Shown here one piece after another: positions 40,626 to 51,154 of a stretch of DNA of 64,000 nt (position 1 is the first letter of the stretch; each line of letters opens with the position of its first letter). The DNA is from an uncultured delta proteobacterium. Its GTDB lineage: Bacteria; Myxococcota_A; Polyangia; Polyangiales; Polyangiaceae. The notes beneath the pieces were generated by a model. The model made no database searches. It was not told the origin of the DNA and saw only the letters and a program-made list of their open reading frames with translations. Position numbers and translations under genes: made by a program. Location of the stretch: NCBI GenBank assembly GCA_963827955.1, contig CAWHDJ010000018.1:989297-1053296 (forward strand). The letters are read 5' to 3'.

Positions 40626-41660
40626 ATGCACTCGGTTCACCCGGCAACGTCCATCGCCCTCGCGGCGCTGCTTGGCGCGATAGGATGCGGCACGGGTGCC
40701 GCGCCTACGGGCGCCGCCACGGGCGCAGGAGGGACAGGCGGCTCAGGCGCCGGCGGGAGTACGGACTGTGGCCAGTGCGCGCCAGACGCGCCCTTCAATT
40801 GGACCGATCCAGGGCTCGTGTGGATCGGCGCCGAGAAGGACGCCCCGCCCTGCCCACCGGGCGCTCCCGCCGTCGCGTACGACGGCCACGCGGATCTGAA
40901 CGCGCCTATCGACTGCGGGACATGTACCTGCTCATCGCCGCAGGGGTCGTGCGCGCTGCCGATGACGATGACCGCCAACGCGGCGAGCTGCGCGCTGAAC
41001 AGCGGCTCCACGCCGCACACGCCGTTCAGCCCCGCGAGCGGTTGGTCGGGGACCTGTGACAGCAGCGTCTCCATCGCCTCGGGGAAGCTCTGCTCCGGCG
41101 TTGACTGCGTTCAATCCCTTACGGTCGGGCCGCTCACGGTCAGCGAGAACGGGTGCAACCCCTCGCAGCCCCCGAAGCAAGCCACGCCGACGTGGCAGAC
41201 GTACGCGCACGCATGCCGGGCGGACCCGAGAGTCGGTTGCGAAGGCGGCGCGGGGATCTGCCTCACCGCATCGCCACCTGGGTTCCGAGTGTGCGTCTTC
41301 CAGACGGGCGACGTCGATTGCCCTGGCTTCGGCCCCTATACCGAGAAACACGTCTTCTACGACTCATATGACGACACGCGCGCCTGCTCCCCCTGCACAT
41401 GCGGCGCCCCCACGGGGAGCACCTGCTCCTCGAAGGTGTCGATCTACACGGACGGCGCGTGCTCGACCCTCGCGTACCAGGCCACCGTGGACGCGACCGG
41501 CCCCGCTTGCCACGACGTGCCCGCCGGCACGCCCCTCGGCTCCAAGTCGGCGACCCCGCCCACCTACGCCCCGGGCGCCTGCTCCCCGGGCGGGGGCATG
41601 CCGATGGGCGCCGCGACCCCGACCGGGGCCGCCACGCTCTGCTGCCTGCCTGCGCACTGA
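40626..41660 (+). CDS. Cys-rich repeat lipoprotein, paralog 2
   Basis: 'LLGAIGCG' is a lipobox. Cysteine spacing is conserved with paralog 1 (myxobacterial Cys-rich-repeat-like, inference). Confidence 0.65.
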   Translation: MHSVHPATSIALAALLGAIGCGTGAAPTGAATGAGGTGGSGAGGSTDCGQCAPDAPFNWTDPGLVWIGAEKDAPPCPPGAPAVAYDGHADLNAPIDCGTCTCSSPQGSCALPMTMTANAASCALNSGSTPHTPFSPASGWSGTCDSSVSIASGKLCSGVDCVQSLTVGPLTVSENGCNPSQPPKQATPTWQTYAHACRADPRVGCEGGAGICLTASPPGFRVCVFQTGDVDCPGFGPYTEKHVFYDSYDDTRACSPCTCGAPTGSTCSSKVSIYTDGACSTLAYQATVDATGPACHDVPAGTPLGSKSATPPTYAPGACSPGGGMPMGAATPTGAATLCCLPAH

Positions 41661-41717
41661 GCGAATTTCTCCTTCCGCCCGATCAGAGTGGCCCCCGCCG
41701 GACAAGAAGAGCGTGAG

Positions 41718-43040
41718 ATGGCTGAACCGCATCGAGCCGCCGACGACCGCGACCGAGGCATCGCCCAGGGCGCGCTCTTCCGAACCATCCTCCGCTTCGC
41801 GTGGAAGATGCTCAGGTCGTACGGCCTGACCACCGCCGACCGGGACGACGTAGCCCAAGACGTCGCCATCAAGGCGTACCTCCTGCGGGGGAAGTACCGC
41901 GCCGAGCGCGGCAGCGTAACGCAGTGGGTGAGCGGCATCGTCCGCAACGAAGTGCGCGATTTCCGGCGCACGCAGAGCAAGCAGCCGCCCCTCGCCTCGG
42001 GCGAGACGAAGGTCGAGGCCGTCTGCACGGCCCCGACGCCGGAGGAGAGCGTGGGTTCGATCGACCTCGCCGAGCATGTGTTCGAGTTCTTGCCACCGGA
42101 TGAGCGGCGGGTCGTGATCCTTTACGAGATCGAAGGGTATACGTTCCGCGAGATCGCCGAGCGCGAGGGGATCGGCACCGCCACCGCCATCGCCCGCCAC
42201 AACCGAGGCATGGCGCAGCTTCGCCAGGCGGCCGAAGATGAAGAGCGCCGCGGCGTGGTCCCGCTCCCGGCCGCGTTCGTGGTCGCGCTCGGTCAGGACA
42301 CCGACGCGTCCGAGCCGCCCCCCGATCTGGTGGATCGTGCGTGGCGCCGTATGGCGGCGCTCCTCGGCGTCGAGCAGCCCCCGCAGAGCGAGCCACCTGC
42401 GAGCGGCCCCCGCCGGTTGGATCCGAGCCCCGCCCGCGACGTAGATTGCCCGCCGAGCACCCGGCCGCCGAGCCTGCCCAGCGGGCGAGCCGCGTTGTTG
42501 CGCCGGATCGGTCCACTCGTCGGCGTCGTGTTCGCCGGCGTCGTCGGCAGCCGCATGCTCGACTGCGGCGACCGTCCACGGGACGAGCGCTCGCCTGCCG
42601 CGGTCTTGGCGGCACCAACCCCGACCGCGACACCAACCCCAAGCGCGGCGCCAACCCCGAGCCCGCTACGACCCGCTCCGAGTAGCGCCGGACCCCAAGC
42701 CACGGCGGCCACGGGGGCATCGGCAGCTACTACCCGCAGGGCTCCGGAGGCCACGCGCGCCGGGGCCAGGCCGCGGCTCTCGGCGCGCGGAGCGGAGCCC
42801 TCAAGCCTCGACCAGTTCGACGCCGAGCAGGCGCTCGAGGACACGTGGCGAACGGCGCTCGTCTCGGGCAAGCTCGCAGAAGCCTCGTCGGCGCTAACCG
42901 AGCACACTCGGCAGTTCCCCCATGGGAACCTCGCAGCGTCGCGGGAGCACGCCTGGAGCCAGGTTTGCGCGCTCTATCGACGCACGCGGCCGCAGAGCGG
43001 CACGGCCGAGATGGACGCTGTTTGCGCCGGCCGTCGGTAG
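41718..43040 (+). CDS. ECF-type RNA polymerase sigma factor fused to a C-terminal TM/anti-sigma-like extension
   Basis: Region 2 is 'FRTILRFAWKMLRSYGLTTADRDDVAQDVAIKAYL'. Region 4 is 'DERRVVILYEIEGYTFREIAEREGIGTATAIARHNRGMAQL'. The TM segment is 'LLRRIGPLVGVVFAGVVGS'. Confidence 0.7.
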   Translation: MAEPHRAADDRDRGIAQGALFRTILRFAWKMLRSYGLTTADRDDVAQDVAIKAYLLRGKYRAERGSVTQWVSGIVRNEVRDFRRTQSKQPPLASGETKVEAVCTAPTPEESVGSIDLAEHVFEFLPPDERRVVILYEIEGYTFREIAEREGIGTATAIARHNRGMAQLRQAAEDEERRGVVPLPAAFVVALGQDTDASEPPPDLVDRAWRRMAALLGVEQPPQSEPPASGPRRLDPSPARDVDCPPSTRPPSLPSGRAALLRRIGPLVGVVFAGVVGSRMLDCGDRPRDERSPAAVLAAPTPTATPTPSAAPTPSPLRPAPSSAGPQATAATGASAATTRRAPEATRAGARPRLSARGAEPSSLDQFDAEQALEDTWRTALVSGKLAEASSALTEHTRQFPHGNLAASREHAWSQVCALYRRTRPQSGTAEMDAVCAGRR

Positions 43041-43173
43041 AGCCCGCCCACGACGTTCGGCGCCGACCGAAGGAGCCGCGACAAGAAAAAATCGATCGAG
43101 CCCGATCAGCGAAGCGACGCGCGGACAAGTAGCGTGTGAGGGCTGCCACGGAAGGCCCTCGAAGGAGGCGCTG

Positions 43174-44010
43174 GTGGTGCTGCTCGTCGCCATCCTCGTG
43201 CTCTGCACGCAGGTCCCGGCATGGCTGTTTCTCGTGCGTGTGCTGCGCAGCGCTCGCGACGAACAGGCGAGGCGGGCGACCTGGGAGCGCGCAACCGAAG
43301 CGCGCCTCGCGGGACAAGACCGGCAGCGCGGGCACCTGGGGCGCGCGGTCGCAGCGATCGACCCGCAGGGCATCAAGCCAACGGCCAACCTCCCGCGTCC
43401 TAGGGACGAAGCCCTTGCGGAAGCGCAGAGACGTCGCGCTGCCGCCCTCGAACCTGGACAGCCTCAGCGCTCCGCCGCTGCGCTCGACGCGCACCTCACC
43501 GAGATGGCCGCGGGACCCCAACCTCCACGCGAGGACATCGACAGTGACCGAGCGGGCTTCCCGCCGGTTCACCTTGATGACAAGAGGGCGCTCTCCGCCG
43601 AGCTTGCCGCTCTTCGCTTGGACGACGCGCTCGGCCTTAACGATACGGAGGAGAGGGCGCGGCTACGTCGAGAGGCCGAGGCCGAGGTGGACGCGCGGGA
43701 CCGGGCGCGCGCCCAGGCCGACTCGCCGCCTTTGACGAAGCCACGCGAGAGCCGCCCGCACGCGGTCGCGCGGGAGGAGGCTCCACCGAGTGACGCGATG
43801 GTGATCACGACGTTCGCGGCGACCTTTGAGGGGACCGGGCACCGGGAGAGCGACGAACGCACGCACCTCTACAGCCGCGAACCGCCGGGCCTCACGCCGA
43901 GACCGCCGGACGACCGCGTGACGCCGACCGACGTGTCGCCGGTGCTCCCGAGGGCGATCCAAGGGTTACGCGTGAACGGTGATGCCGCTCCTCTGGAGGG
44001 CGGAGCATGA
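43174..44010 (+). CDS. hypothetical membrane-anchored protein
   Basis: GTG start with a strong GAAGGAGG RBS 5 nt upstream. The N-terminal TM is 'VVLLVAILVLCTQVPAWLFLV'. Confidence 0.45.
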   Translation: MVLLVAILVLCTQVPAWLFLVRVLRSARDEQARRATWERATEARLAGQDRQRGHLGRAVAAIDPQGIKPTANLPRPRDEALAEAQRRRAAALEPGQPQRSAAALDAHLTEMAAGPQPPREDIDSDRAGFPPVHLDDKRALSAELAALRLDDALGLNDTEERARLRREAEAEVDARDRARAQADSPPLTKPRESRPHAVAREEAPPSDAMVITTFAATFEGTGHRESDERTHLYSREPPGLTPRPPDDRVTPTDVSPVLPRAIQGLRVNGDAAPLEGGA

Positions 44011-44486
44011 GCCCCGAGCTGGAGCACGCCGCCGACGCGCCCGCGTCGCCTGCACGACTACTCATCCCGGAGCTCCGGACGCTCCGTGAGCTGCGCGCGG
44101 TCCTGGCGCGCGGGGGTCTACCGGCACGGCGCACGGCGGAGTCGCAAGCGAGGATCGCTGCCTTCCGCACCGTCGAGGAGCTGTTGCGCCTCTTGGACGA
44201 GTACCGCGAGCGAGTCGAGAGGGGCGCCCGCTGCCGCCTCGTGGAGCGGGAGCACGGGCGCGAGCCGGGGAGGCTGCTGCTTGAGCTGCGGATTGAGGAG
44301 GGCCCTGGCCCGAACCGACAGGGAGGCGACCATGATGACGCTCGCCGCGAAGAAGACGCATGCGACGACGCCGGCCCCGGTTGCGAGGGCCACGAGCGAG
44401 CTCCGCCGAGATCCTCGGCGCTCACCTCCACCCGCACGAGGCCGTCGAACTTGACGAGAAGTTCATGGCGCCGCGCCTCATCGTGA
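44007..44486 (+). CDS. hypothetical protein; C-terminal limit uncertain
   Basis: The ATG overlaps the stop of the upstream gene. The first ~100 aa are protein-like. Confidence 0.35.
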   Translation: MSPELEHAADAPASPARLLIPELRTLRELRAVLARGGLPARRTAESQARIAAFRTVEELLRLLDEYRERVERGARCRLVEREHGREPGRLLLELRIEEGPGPNRQGGDHDDARREEDACDDAGPGCEGHERAPPRSSALTSTRTRPSNLTRSSWRRASS

Positions 44487-44665
44487 GGGTCCTCCGAGCG
44501 CTCGCCACCGGGGCCGACGAGGCGGCCAAGGTGTACGGCGACGCGCGCCCGGAGCTAGGCGCTGCGTTCGTCGGGTACGGTGGGCGCCTCGTTGACGAGG
44601 CTGCAAGCATCGAGAGGTCCCTGTCGGACGATCGGCCCGTTCCCCATGGAGGGGCCGCCCAATGA
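44332..44665 (+). CDS. hypothetical protein with a frame discontinuity at about 44400
   Basis: ATG with a GGGAGG RBS ('MMTLAAKKTHATTPAP...'). Continues in the frame of ORF 44360..44665 ('...LIVRVLRALATGADEAAKVYG...'). Confidence 0.35.
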
Positions 44666-45015
44666 CCGAGCCGAAGGTGCCGACGGTCCTCGAAGAAGTG
44701 GACGTGCTCCGTGGGATCCTTGAGGCGAACCTCCAGCCGCTCGAAGTCGCCGAGGTCGAGGGCCTCCTCGTCCAGGTGGTCTCCATCGAACACGCGAAGC
44801 TCCTCCGTACGCTTGCCCTCGTCGCCGAGGAGGTCGGCAAGGCGCACGGCGCCGCAGACTGCATGCTCCGTGCAGCCCTCGACGTGTACGGCGCTCGCTT
44901 GCTGCTGGAGGCCGAGGGCATCGAGAAGTCCATGCTCTTCACTCGGGCGGTCCCCGAGCACATCGCGGAGCTGCACGCGAAGGTGATGGCCGGCGTCAAG
45001 GGTGCGTCATCGTGA
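44662..45015 (+). CDS. hypothetical protein
   Basis: 117-aa ORF with ATGA coupling at both ends. Confidence 0.45.
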   Translation: MTEPKVPTVLEEVDVLRGILEANLQPLEVAEVEGLLVQVVSIEHAKLLRTLALVAEEVGKAHGAADCMLRAALDVYGARLLLEAEGIEKSMLFTRAVPEHIAELHAKVMAGVKGASS

Positions 45016-46344
45016 GCGCCGAGGCCGCCTACCACCCCGCGCACGTCGCGCTTCTCTCCATGGCGCGGCAAGCCGTACGGATCCGACTTCGCCGGCATCT
45101 CACTGGTGATCGTGCTCTGGTTCGGAGCGTTCACGATCGCAGAGGTGATGGTGGTATGGCGACCCTCGTCCTCCTCGCGTGGTTCTACCTGGCCGTTTCG
45201 TCCGTGCTCGCAGTTCTCTGCGTCCGAGGGCAGCGCAGGGCGCTTGCGCGACTGGCCGAAGAGGGGACCGCACTTCACACGCGCGTCGCCAACCAAGAGG
45301 CGGTGATCGGTCGCCTGGCCGACGCCGTTGCAGCGTTCGCGCCCTTGGCGATGGAAGACGAGACGTCGAAGCGCTCGGCCCCGGCGGAGTCGACCACGCG
45401 CCCGCGGACCGAGCCCCCGCCCGCCTCGGCCGAGGGACGCGCCCCGGACACGGAACGCGTCGCGCCCGTCGAGGTGAGGCGCGACGAGCACCGCACCGTC
45501 GAGGTCCACCGCGTCGCCAACGACACACGCGCTCCCGTCGAGGAAGAGCCCGAGAGCGCCGAAGAGGCACGCGTACGGCAACTGCTCGTCAGGCTCCCGT
45601 TTTCCGCGCACAGCCCCATGACGCTGGCGCAGTACATCCGGGAGAAGCAGATCGCTATCCTGGACGAGGAGAAGCACCCGAACGTGAAGCACTGCGAAGG
45701 AGCCTCGTGCTTCCCGGGTGCGTGGAGCGTGTGCGGGTGCCCGTGCCTCTCGTGCAAGGCACGCCGCCACGCGCTCTCGCTGGCCCTCCACCTCTTCGGC
45801 CTGCCCATCGTACGCCTGCCAGGCGAGAAGCGCGCGGCGTGGGATTTGCGCCGACGCGCTCACGAAAAGCAACCCGAGACCGTCGTGCTCCCGCCTTCCT
45901 CGCACGTGGTCGCGTGCATGGCGTCCGTGTCCATCTCGCGCGCGGACGCGCTGTTCTGGGCCAAGCTCGACCGCGCGATCCAGGATGGCGTGGACGTCAA
46001 GCACTGCCGCGGACCGGAGTGCGACCCGTTCCAGGCCACGTGCTCGTGCTCGTGCACGCCATGCGACCGCCGCCGAACGCTGGCCGAGCGAGCGGCGTAT
46101 GAGTATCCGGGCAGACGTTCCGGTGGAGCCCACGAAGGGACCCTCGCCGCACGAGCGCATCATCGAACGCTGGCACGCCCTGCAGGAGGCGTCGGAGGCG
46201 AACGGGCAGCCCGCCACGCACTGCGACGGGGGAGCGTGCGGCGGCGAAGCGGTGACGCTGTGCGAGTGCAACTGCGAAGGGTGCGCGCGCGCCGTCATGC
46301 TCCTCATGCGCGCGGAGCGCGAAGTGCTCGGAGGCGAGGGGTAG
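45012..46344 (+). CDS. hypothetical membrane protein with three 'KHC.G..C....C.C.C..C' Cys-rich repeats. Frame discontinuity at about 46090.
   Basis: GTG start. TM is 'MATLVLLAWFYLAVSSVLAVLCV'. The Cys-rich repeats lie at about 45690, 46000 and 46220, the third in a shifted frame. Confidence 0.45.
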
Positions 46345-46347
46345 ACG

Positions 46348-46593
46348 ATGCCTCGACCCAGAACCGCCCCCCCGCTCGATCACGTCGCGGTCCGACTGGA
46401 CGACGAAACGATCGCGCGCCTCGATGCGCTCCTGCCGCTCTACACACTCCCCGGGCGAGCCCCGACGCGCTCCGACGGCTTGCGCGCGGTGATCCTCGCT
46501 GGGCTCAGTGTCGAGGAGCAACGTGCGGTCCAGTTGGGTCGCGCGCGATGGGTCGCGGCAGAGACGCGCCGCCCGCCAAGCTCGTCGCGCTAG
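46348..46593 (+). CDS. ribbon-helix-helix (CopG/Arc-like) DNA-binding protein
   Basis: 'HVAVRLDDETIARLDALL' is an RHH beta-strand/helix pattern. 81 aa. Confidence 0.5.
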   Translation: MPRPRTAPPLDHVAVRLDDETIARLDALLPLYTLPGRAPTRSDGLRAVILAGLSVEEQRAVQLGRARWVAAETRRPPSSSR

Positions 46594-46603
46594 CTGCTGA
46601 CCG

Positions 46604-47071
46604 TTGCGGACCCTGACGACGGCAGAGCATGTGGACGACTCCCGCACAGAGACCGCCGAGGCCGCCTACCACGCCGCGCACATCGCGTTCCTCGCGATGT
46701 CGCGGACAGGCCGCGAAGCGCTGCGCGTAGCCTTCGACGTGCGCGAACACGCCCGCGCGCGTTGGCTTGCCGAGCTGGACGCCGCGGTCGACACGGCGCA
46801 GGACGCCGCCGCACTCGAACACGCGCTCGCTGAGCGCCAGCGTGCTCTCACGTTGCTCCATGCCCATGGTGAGATGCCACCACCCCTCGACGATGACGTG
46901 CTCCTGGAGATCCACCTTGGCGAGAAGCTGCTCGCCCGCATCGACGACGCGGCTCGTCGGCAAGGCATCACGCGCGAGCAGATCCTCGCCGAGCTGATAG
47001 AGCGTGGCCTTGCTCACGAGGAAGATCGGGCGCCGGCGAGCGACGTTCGCCCCCGCCTGAAGCCACCGTAG
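46604..47071 (+). CDS. hypothetical protein with a C-terminal RHH-like domain. Its N-terminal 'AEAAYHAAHIAFLAMSR' is paralogous to the N-terminus of 45012..46344. Start uncertain (TTG at 46604 or GTG at 46630).
   Basis: 'LLEIHLGEKLLARIDDAARRQGITREQILAELIERGL' is RHH-like. Confidence 0.45.
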   Translation: MRTLTTAEHVDDSRTETAEAAYHAAHIAFLAMSRTGREALRVAFDVREHARARWLAELDAAVDTAQDAAALEHALAERQRALTLLHAHGEMPPPLDDDVLLEIHLGEKLLARIDDAARRQGITREQILAELIERGLAHEEDRAPASDVRPRLKPP

Positions 47072-47286
47072 AAGCTCGCACGTCCGAACCCGCCCGAAGG
47101 AGAACCCGTCGAGGGAACGTCGCCGTGGTCGATGACCTCGACGCCCGCAACGTCACCGCCTTGAGGGATCCCCGCTCAAGGGGGAACTTGCGCGCGCCAT
47201 GGTACCGAAGCTGCCACGCTCCAGAGCGCGATCCGCACGCCGGGAGGCGCGTCAACCATGGCGCGCCACTCGCAAGAGCCCGCGAC

Positions 47287-47808
47287 ATGCAGGCACGTCA
47301 CCTCTCTGCCGCCGTTGCACTCGCCCTCTCCTCTGCCCTCCTCACCGCGTCGTGCCTCCAGCGTTCGACGGCGGCCTCGGAGACCGATCCGGGCGAAGTG
47401 CAGAGCTCGAGCGGTCCCGAGTCGATCGGGCAAGCTCAGGAAGAGTCCGGGAGCGCCTTCTCGTCGGACCAATTCCGCTTCGTCGTGGTGTTGAAGGACG
47501 ATGGGGAGGGCGAGGCCGGCGGCTGGCAGGCGGCCGAGAAGACCTTCTCCTTCGTGGAACGGGATTGGGGCATCCCCGTGTACCTCTGGAAGTGCCGCAT
47601 CGGCATCGAGATGCCGCTCCGGTGCGCGGAGGGGCGCATCACGCCGAGCCGGGCAGCGCTTTACGCCGCCGACGTCGCGAACGTTGTCGTGGATGACCTG
47701 CTCGACAGCCGATCAGCCTGGAGAGGCCAAGGCGGCGAGTTCTGTAGGGAAGCTCCAGAAGGACATGCAGTCGATGTTCAAGTACATGCACCCGGGTCTC
47801 GGCGCTAG
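47287..47808 (+). CDS. lipoprotein, hypothetical
   Basis: 'ALSSALLTASC' is a lipobox signal peptide. Confidence 0.5.
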   Translation: MQARHLSAAVALALSSALLTASCLQRSTAASETDPGEVQSSSGPESIGQAQEESGSAFSSDQFRFVVVLKDDGEGEAGGWQAAEKTFSFVERDWGIPVYLWKCRIGIEMPLRCAEGRITPSRAALYAADVANVVVDDLLDSRSAWRGQGGEFCREAPEGHAVDVQVHAPGSRR

Positions 47809-47823
47809 GGTCAAGCTCAATCC

Positions 47824-48408
47824 ATGAACCTGTCCGATCTGACCGATCTGGTCTACCGTTTCTATCCTCGAGGGCTCATCGAAGGCAGCCACGGGTACTA
47901 CGAAACGGAGGAGTACCACCGCCAGCGGGAGGCGGTGCAGCGAGGCGCTGCCGAGTACCCGACATGGAAGGCGCTCGTCCGCCACTTGGGAGCGCGGTAC
48001 CCGGTATGGGACCACGCGCTGCTCCTGCTCGCGGGGAGCTACGACAGCGGCTACTCGGCCGACGTCAGGATCCCCGGGTACCGGATCGGCTTTCACGTGT
48101 CGTTGCTCGGGCCGTACTATGCGATCCATCGCATCGGCGCCCCTGGTGAAGAGGAAGTGGCGCTCGATCTCGCCCGAGAGATCGAGGCCGCATACTCCGG
48201 GTACATGCCGATCCCGCCGGAAGCTCGGGGAGGAGATCGTGCCCGACGTCTGTCCGTTCGGCGAGGCGACGATCTACAGCCGCCTCCTCTCGCTGTGGTG
48301 GGACGAGAGTTCGGTGCCCGACGACGGCAAGAGGCCGCCGCTCAACGAATCCTGGCCCCGAGGACGAGGCGCCCGCTCCTGGTCCCGACCGTCCCATCGT
48401 CCGCGTGA
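47824..48408 (+). CDS. hypothetical protein. Frame discontinuity at about 48230; the 3' end is uncertain.
   Basis: Protein-like 'MNLSDLTDLVYRFYPRGLIEGSHGYYETEEY...'. Continues in another frame as '...GEEIVPDVCPFGEATIYSRLLSLWWDES'. Confidence 0.4.
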   Translation: MNLSDLTDLVYRFYPRGLIEGSHGYYETEEYHRQREAVQRGAAEYPTWKALVRHLGARYPVWDHALLLLAGSYDSGYSADVRIPGYRIGFHVSLLGPYYAIHRIGAPGEEEVALDLAREIEAAYSGYMPIPPEARGGDRARRLSVRRGDDLQPPPLAVVGREFGARRRQEAAAQRILAPRTRRPLLVPTVPSSA

Positions 48409-48533
48409 AGGACGTGCGACGTTGAGCCGGGGCGACCGACCCCCGACGGGCCGGACGAGCAGCTCGCTGGCCGGCGGGAATCAAGGGGCACCTCTCTGCC
48501 GCCGCACGGGAGCCGAGCCGCGCCTCTCGCGGG

Positions 48534-49050
48534 TCACTTGGCGGACCCCTTCGCGTTGATCACCTCGAGCCGCTGGCGTACCGCGGCTCGCAGCGCCTCC
48601 ACCGAAGAGAACGGCTTGTCGATGCAGGGCGCCCCGGTCCGTTCGAGGAACGTCTTCGAGGCGTCCGTGTATGCGCCGCCCGTCATGAAAGCGATCCTGT
48701 TTCGCATCGGCGCGGGCGCGATGGTGTCGACGTGCTCGTAGAAGTCCGCTCCTGTCACGGCGGGAAGCATCAGAATCGCAGAGGATAAGGTCAAAGCGCT
48801 CCCCCTGCCCGAGGAGCTGCAAGGCGTCCGCGGCGCTCGTTAGCACGACGACATCGTGCTCCGACGTGAGCGCACGCCGAATCATGTTTCCCAGGTACAC
48901 GTCATCATCGATCACAAGAACACGCGCACGTTTCTCCACGATGCTTCCTTTCTGCGAGTAGGCCGTGGCGAGGGCATCGATCGCCATCGCTAGCGCCGTG
49001 ATGTTCGAAGCGAGCGCGCCGACGCGGCTCGCGAGGTGCGCGACCGCCAT
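48534..49050 (-). CDS. response-regulator receiver (CheY-like) domain protein. Frame discontinuity at about 48790.
   Basis: 'RVLVIDDDVYLGNMIRRAL...FDLILCDS' and, in another frame, 'LMLPAVTGADFYEHVDT...RIAFMTGGAY...CIDKPFSSVEALRAAV' give the full receiver signature. Confidence 0.6.
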
Positions 49051-50084
49051 CGCGGTGCGCTCCACGGCTGAGGGTTCGCCGAGTTCGCACGGAACGGTCG
49101 CCGGTCGTTGATGCTCACGCTGCTCGCGCTGTGAGCCGGAGTCTCTCTCGGCTCCGCTCGCCGGCTGCCGAAGCGGTCGCCAACGCTCTGCGGCCCCTCG
49201 AGCGGCGGCCAGTACGGGCGCAACGGCCTCGGCACGCCCCCTCCGCGGTCGACGGTGGCCGAGCAGCGCGGAGAGCGTGGCGCGCACCTCAACGCGTGCC
49301 GCGAGCACGCGCGTCCTCGGGCGCGGCGAGCCGCTGCTGGGTGGCGGACTACCTTCGCGAGGAGCCATCGCCGCCTCGACTGATCGTGGCTTCCTCGTCG
49401 GCGCCCGCGCCGGGCGGCTCTGGTATCCCGGCTCCAACCTGCGCGACGGCTGGCATGCAGGGAAGCGTGCCTGCGCTCGGCGACACGCCCATGGGCTCCG
49501 CGCCAGGGGCTCGGAGCTGGGTGCGCGTGGACTGCTGTCCGAATCTGTGTCGGCTCGTCTTCGTCGAACGGCTGTTCACCCGTCTCCTCCCGCGCCCTCT
49601 TCGGTCGCGCCCCAAGACCGGCCGCGATGATGGCCGGTCCGGACGGGAGCACGGGGGCCGACGCTGGAGGCGCGAGACCAACGTGCGCGGCGCTCGGCCC
49701 CGGCACTCGCGATGGCCCGCGCGAGGGGGGCGCGCCATCCGCCGACAAATCCCCGGCTCGGGTGCCTACTGCCTCGGGGGACGTCACGGGCCCTCGAACT
49801 TCACCGGCCCTCACAGGGGCCAGCTCTCCTGGTGGTGCAGCCCGACCCCGCGCCACGCTGGACGGCGCAGGCGCCGAACCCGGTGGGGCGGGCCCCGCCG
49901 CCCGTCCTGAAGACGGGTCGTCGTGAAGGTAGAACACCCGCTGCCCCAGGAGCCGGCCTGATCCCGCGAGCACCTCGACCGCCCTGCGACCCCTGCGCAC
50001 CTCGGCGTAGATGGCGGCGAGCAGAGCCAGGATGGCGACGAGGAGAGCGACGGCAACCCCGGCCAGCACGTAGGCGAGAGCCAT
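48990..50084 (-). CDS. membrane-anchored Pro/Ala-rich hypothetical protein, coupled to the PP2C gene. 3' end uncertain.
   Basis: The ATG at 50084 overlaps the phosphatase stop. TM is 'MALAYVLAGVAVALLVAILALLAAIY'. The remainder is low-complexity. Confidence 0.35.
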   Translation of the reverse strand: MALAYVLAGVAVALLVAILALLAAIYAEVRRGRRAVEVLAGSGRLLGQRVFYLHDDPSSGRAAGPAPPGSAPAPSSVARGRAAPPGELAPVRAGEVRGPVTSPEAVGTRAGDLSADGAPPSRGPSRVPGPSAAHVGLAPPASAPVLPSGPAIIAAGLGARPKRAREETGEQPFDEDEPTQIRTAVHAHPAPSPWRGAHGRVAERRHASLHASRRAGWSRDTRAARRGRRRGSHDQSRRRWLLAKVVRHPAAARRARGRACSRHALRCAPRSPRCSATVDRGGGVPRPLRPYWPPLEGPQSVGDRFGSRRAEPRETPAHSASSVSINDRRPFRANSANPQPWSAPRWRSRTSRAASARSLRTSRR

Positions 50085-50848
50085 CACCGACCTCCGCCAA
50101 CCACGCACACCACGACCGCGGTGATGTTGTCGGGCCCGCCCGCCTGGTTCGCGCGCTCGATGAGACGCTCGACAGCGACGTCCGCCCCGCCTGCCTCAAT
50201 GAGAATGTCAGCGATCTCCCTTGCGGGAACGACGCGGTGCAACCCGTCGCTGCACGCCAGGAAGACGTCACCCGGCTGGACGGGCTCCAGGCGCCCTGTC
50301 ACATCGACGGTCTCGCGCAGACCGAGTCCACGTGTCGAGACTCGGGCGTCACGCATCCTTTCGGCCTCTTCGCGGGAGGCTCCCATCCGCACGTATTCGG
50401 CCGCATAGGAGTGGTCCTCGGTGAGCGCTTCCAGATCCCGCTGTCGAAGCCGATGAACGCGACTATCGCCGACGTGTGCGATGCACACGTGGTCTCCGTA
50501 GACCAGAAGCCCCGCGAACGTCGTCGCTGGTCCCTCGGCGTTCGGCCAGTTCTGCGCGTGGCGATGAAGGTGCTCGTTCGCGTCGCTGACGGCGGCCATC
50601 AAGAGGCCGAGGGCGTCGTTGGGGGCCATCGGCCACGTCCTGTCGGCTCGCAAGAACGTGCAGACTCGTTCGAGCGCGTGCTCCGAGGCCATCTGGCCAT
50701 TCGGTCTTGACGACACGCCATCGGCGACGGCGAACAGCCCTAGCTGGTCGATGGCGACGAACGCATCCTCGTTGCCCGGACGCCTGCGACCCCGGTCCGT
50801 GCCGCCGGCGGCGTCGAGATGAAATCGCGGTGGGACGAACGATGACAA
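50084..50848 (-). CDS. PP2C-family Ser/Thr protein phosphatase
   Basis: 'GRRRPGNEDAF...LFAVADGVSS...GGPDNITAVVV' are PP2C hallmarks. Confidence 0.85.
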   Translation of the reverse strand: MSSFVPPRFHLDAAGGTDRGRRRPGNEDAFVAIDQLGLFAVADGVSSRPNGQMASEHALERVCTFLRADRTWPMAPNDALGLLMAAVSDANEHLHRHAQNWPNAEGPATTFAGLLVYGDHVCIAHVGDSRVHRLRQRDLEALTEDHSYAAEYVRMGASREEAERMRDARVSTRGLGLRETVDVTGRLEPVQPGDVFLACSDGLHRVVPAREIADILIEAGGADVAVERLIERANQAGGPDNITAVVVCVVGGGR

Positions 50849-51154
50849 TGGAGGACCTCCAGGTCGGTGAGTCTCTCGTCAAAAGGTTGATGGTCGACGC
50901 AGACCGGGCGCCGTGCATGGAGCTGTGCAGCGACCCGTCGCAGCAGCCCGCGAGCGCCCTCTTCCCCTCCATCGCGCTTGGCTTCCCAGAGTGTCCGACG
51001 AAATCGTCCGCGAGACACAAGTGCCCCACTGCGGGTCCACGGGCGTCGCCCGGGCGCCCCCACGCGCATTTTGACGGACACTCTCGGAACGCAAGCGCGA
51101 TGGAGGGGAAGAGGGGCACGGAGCACCCTCAGCGAGGGCACACCATGGTCAATC

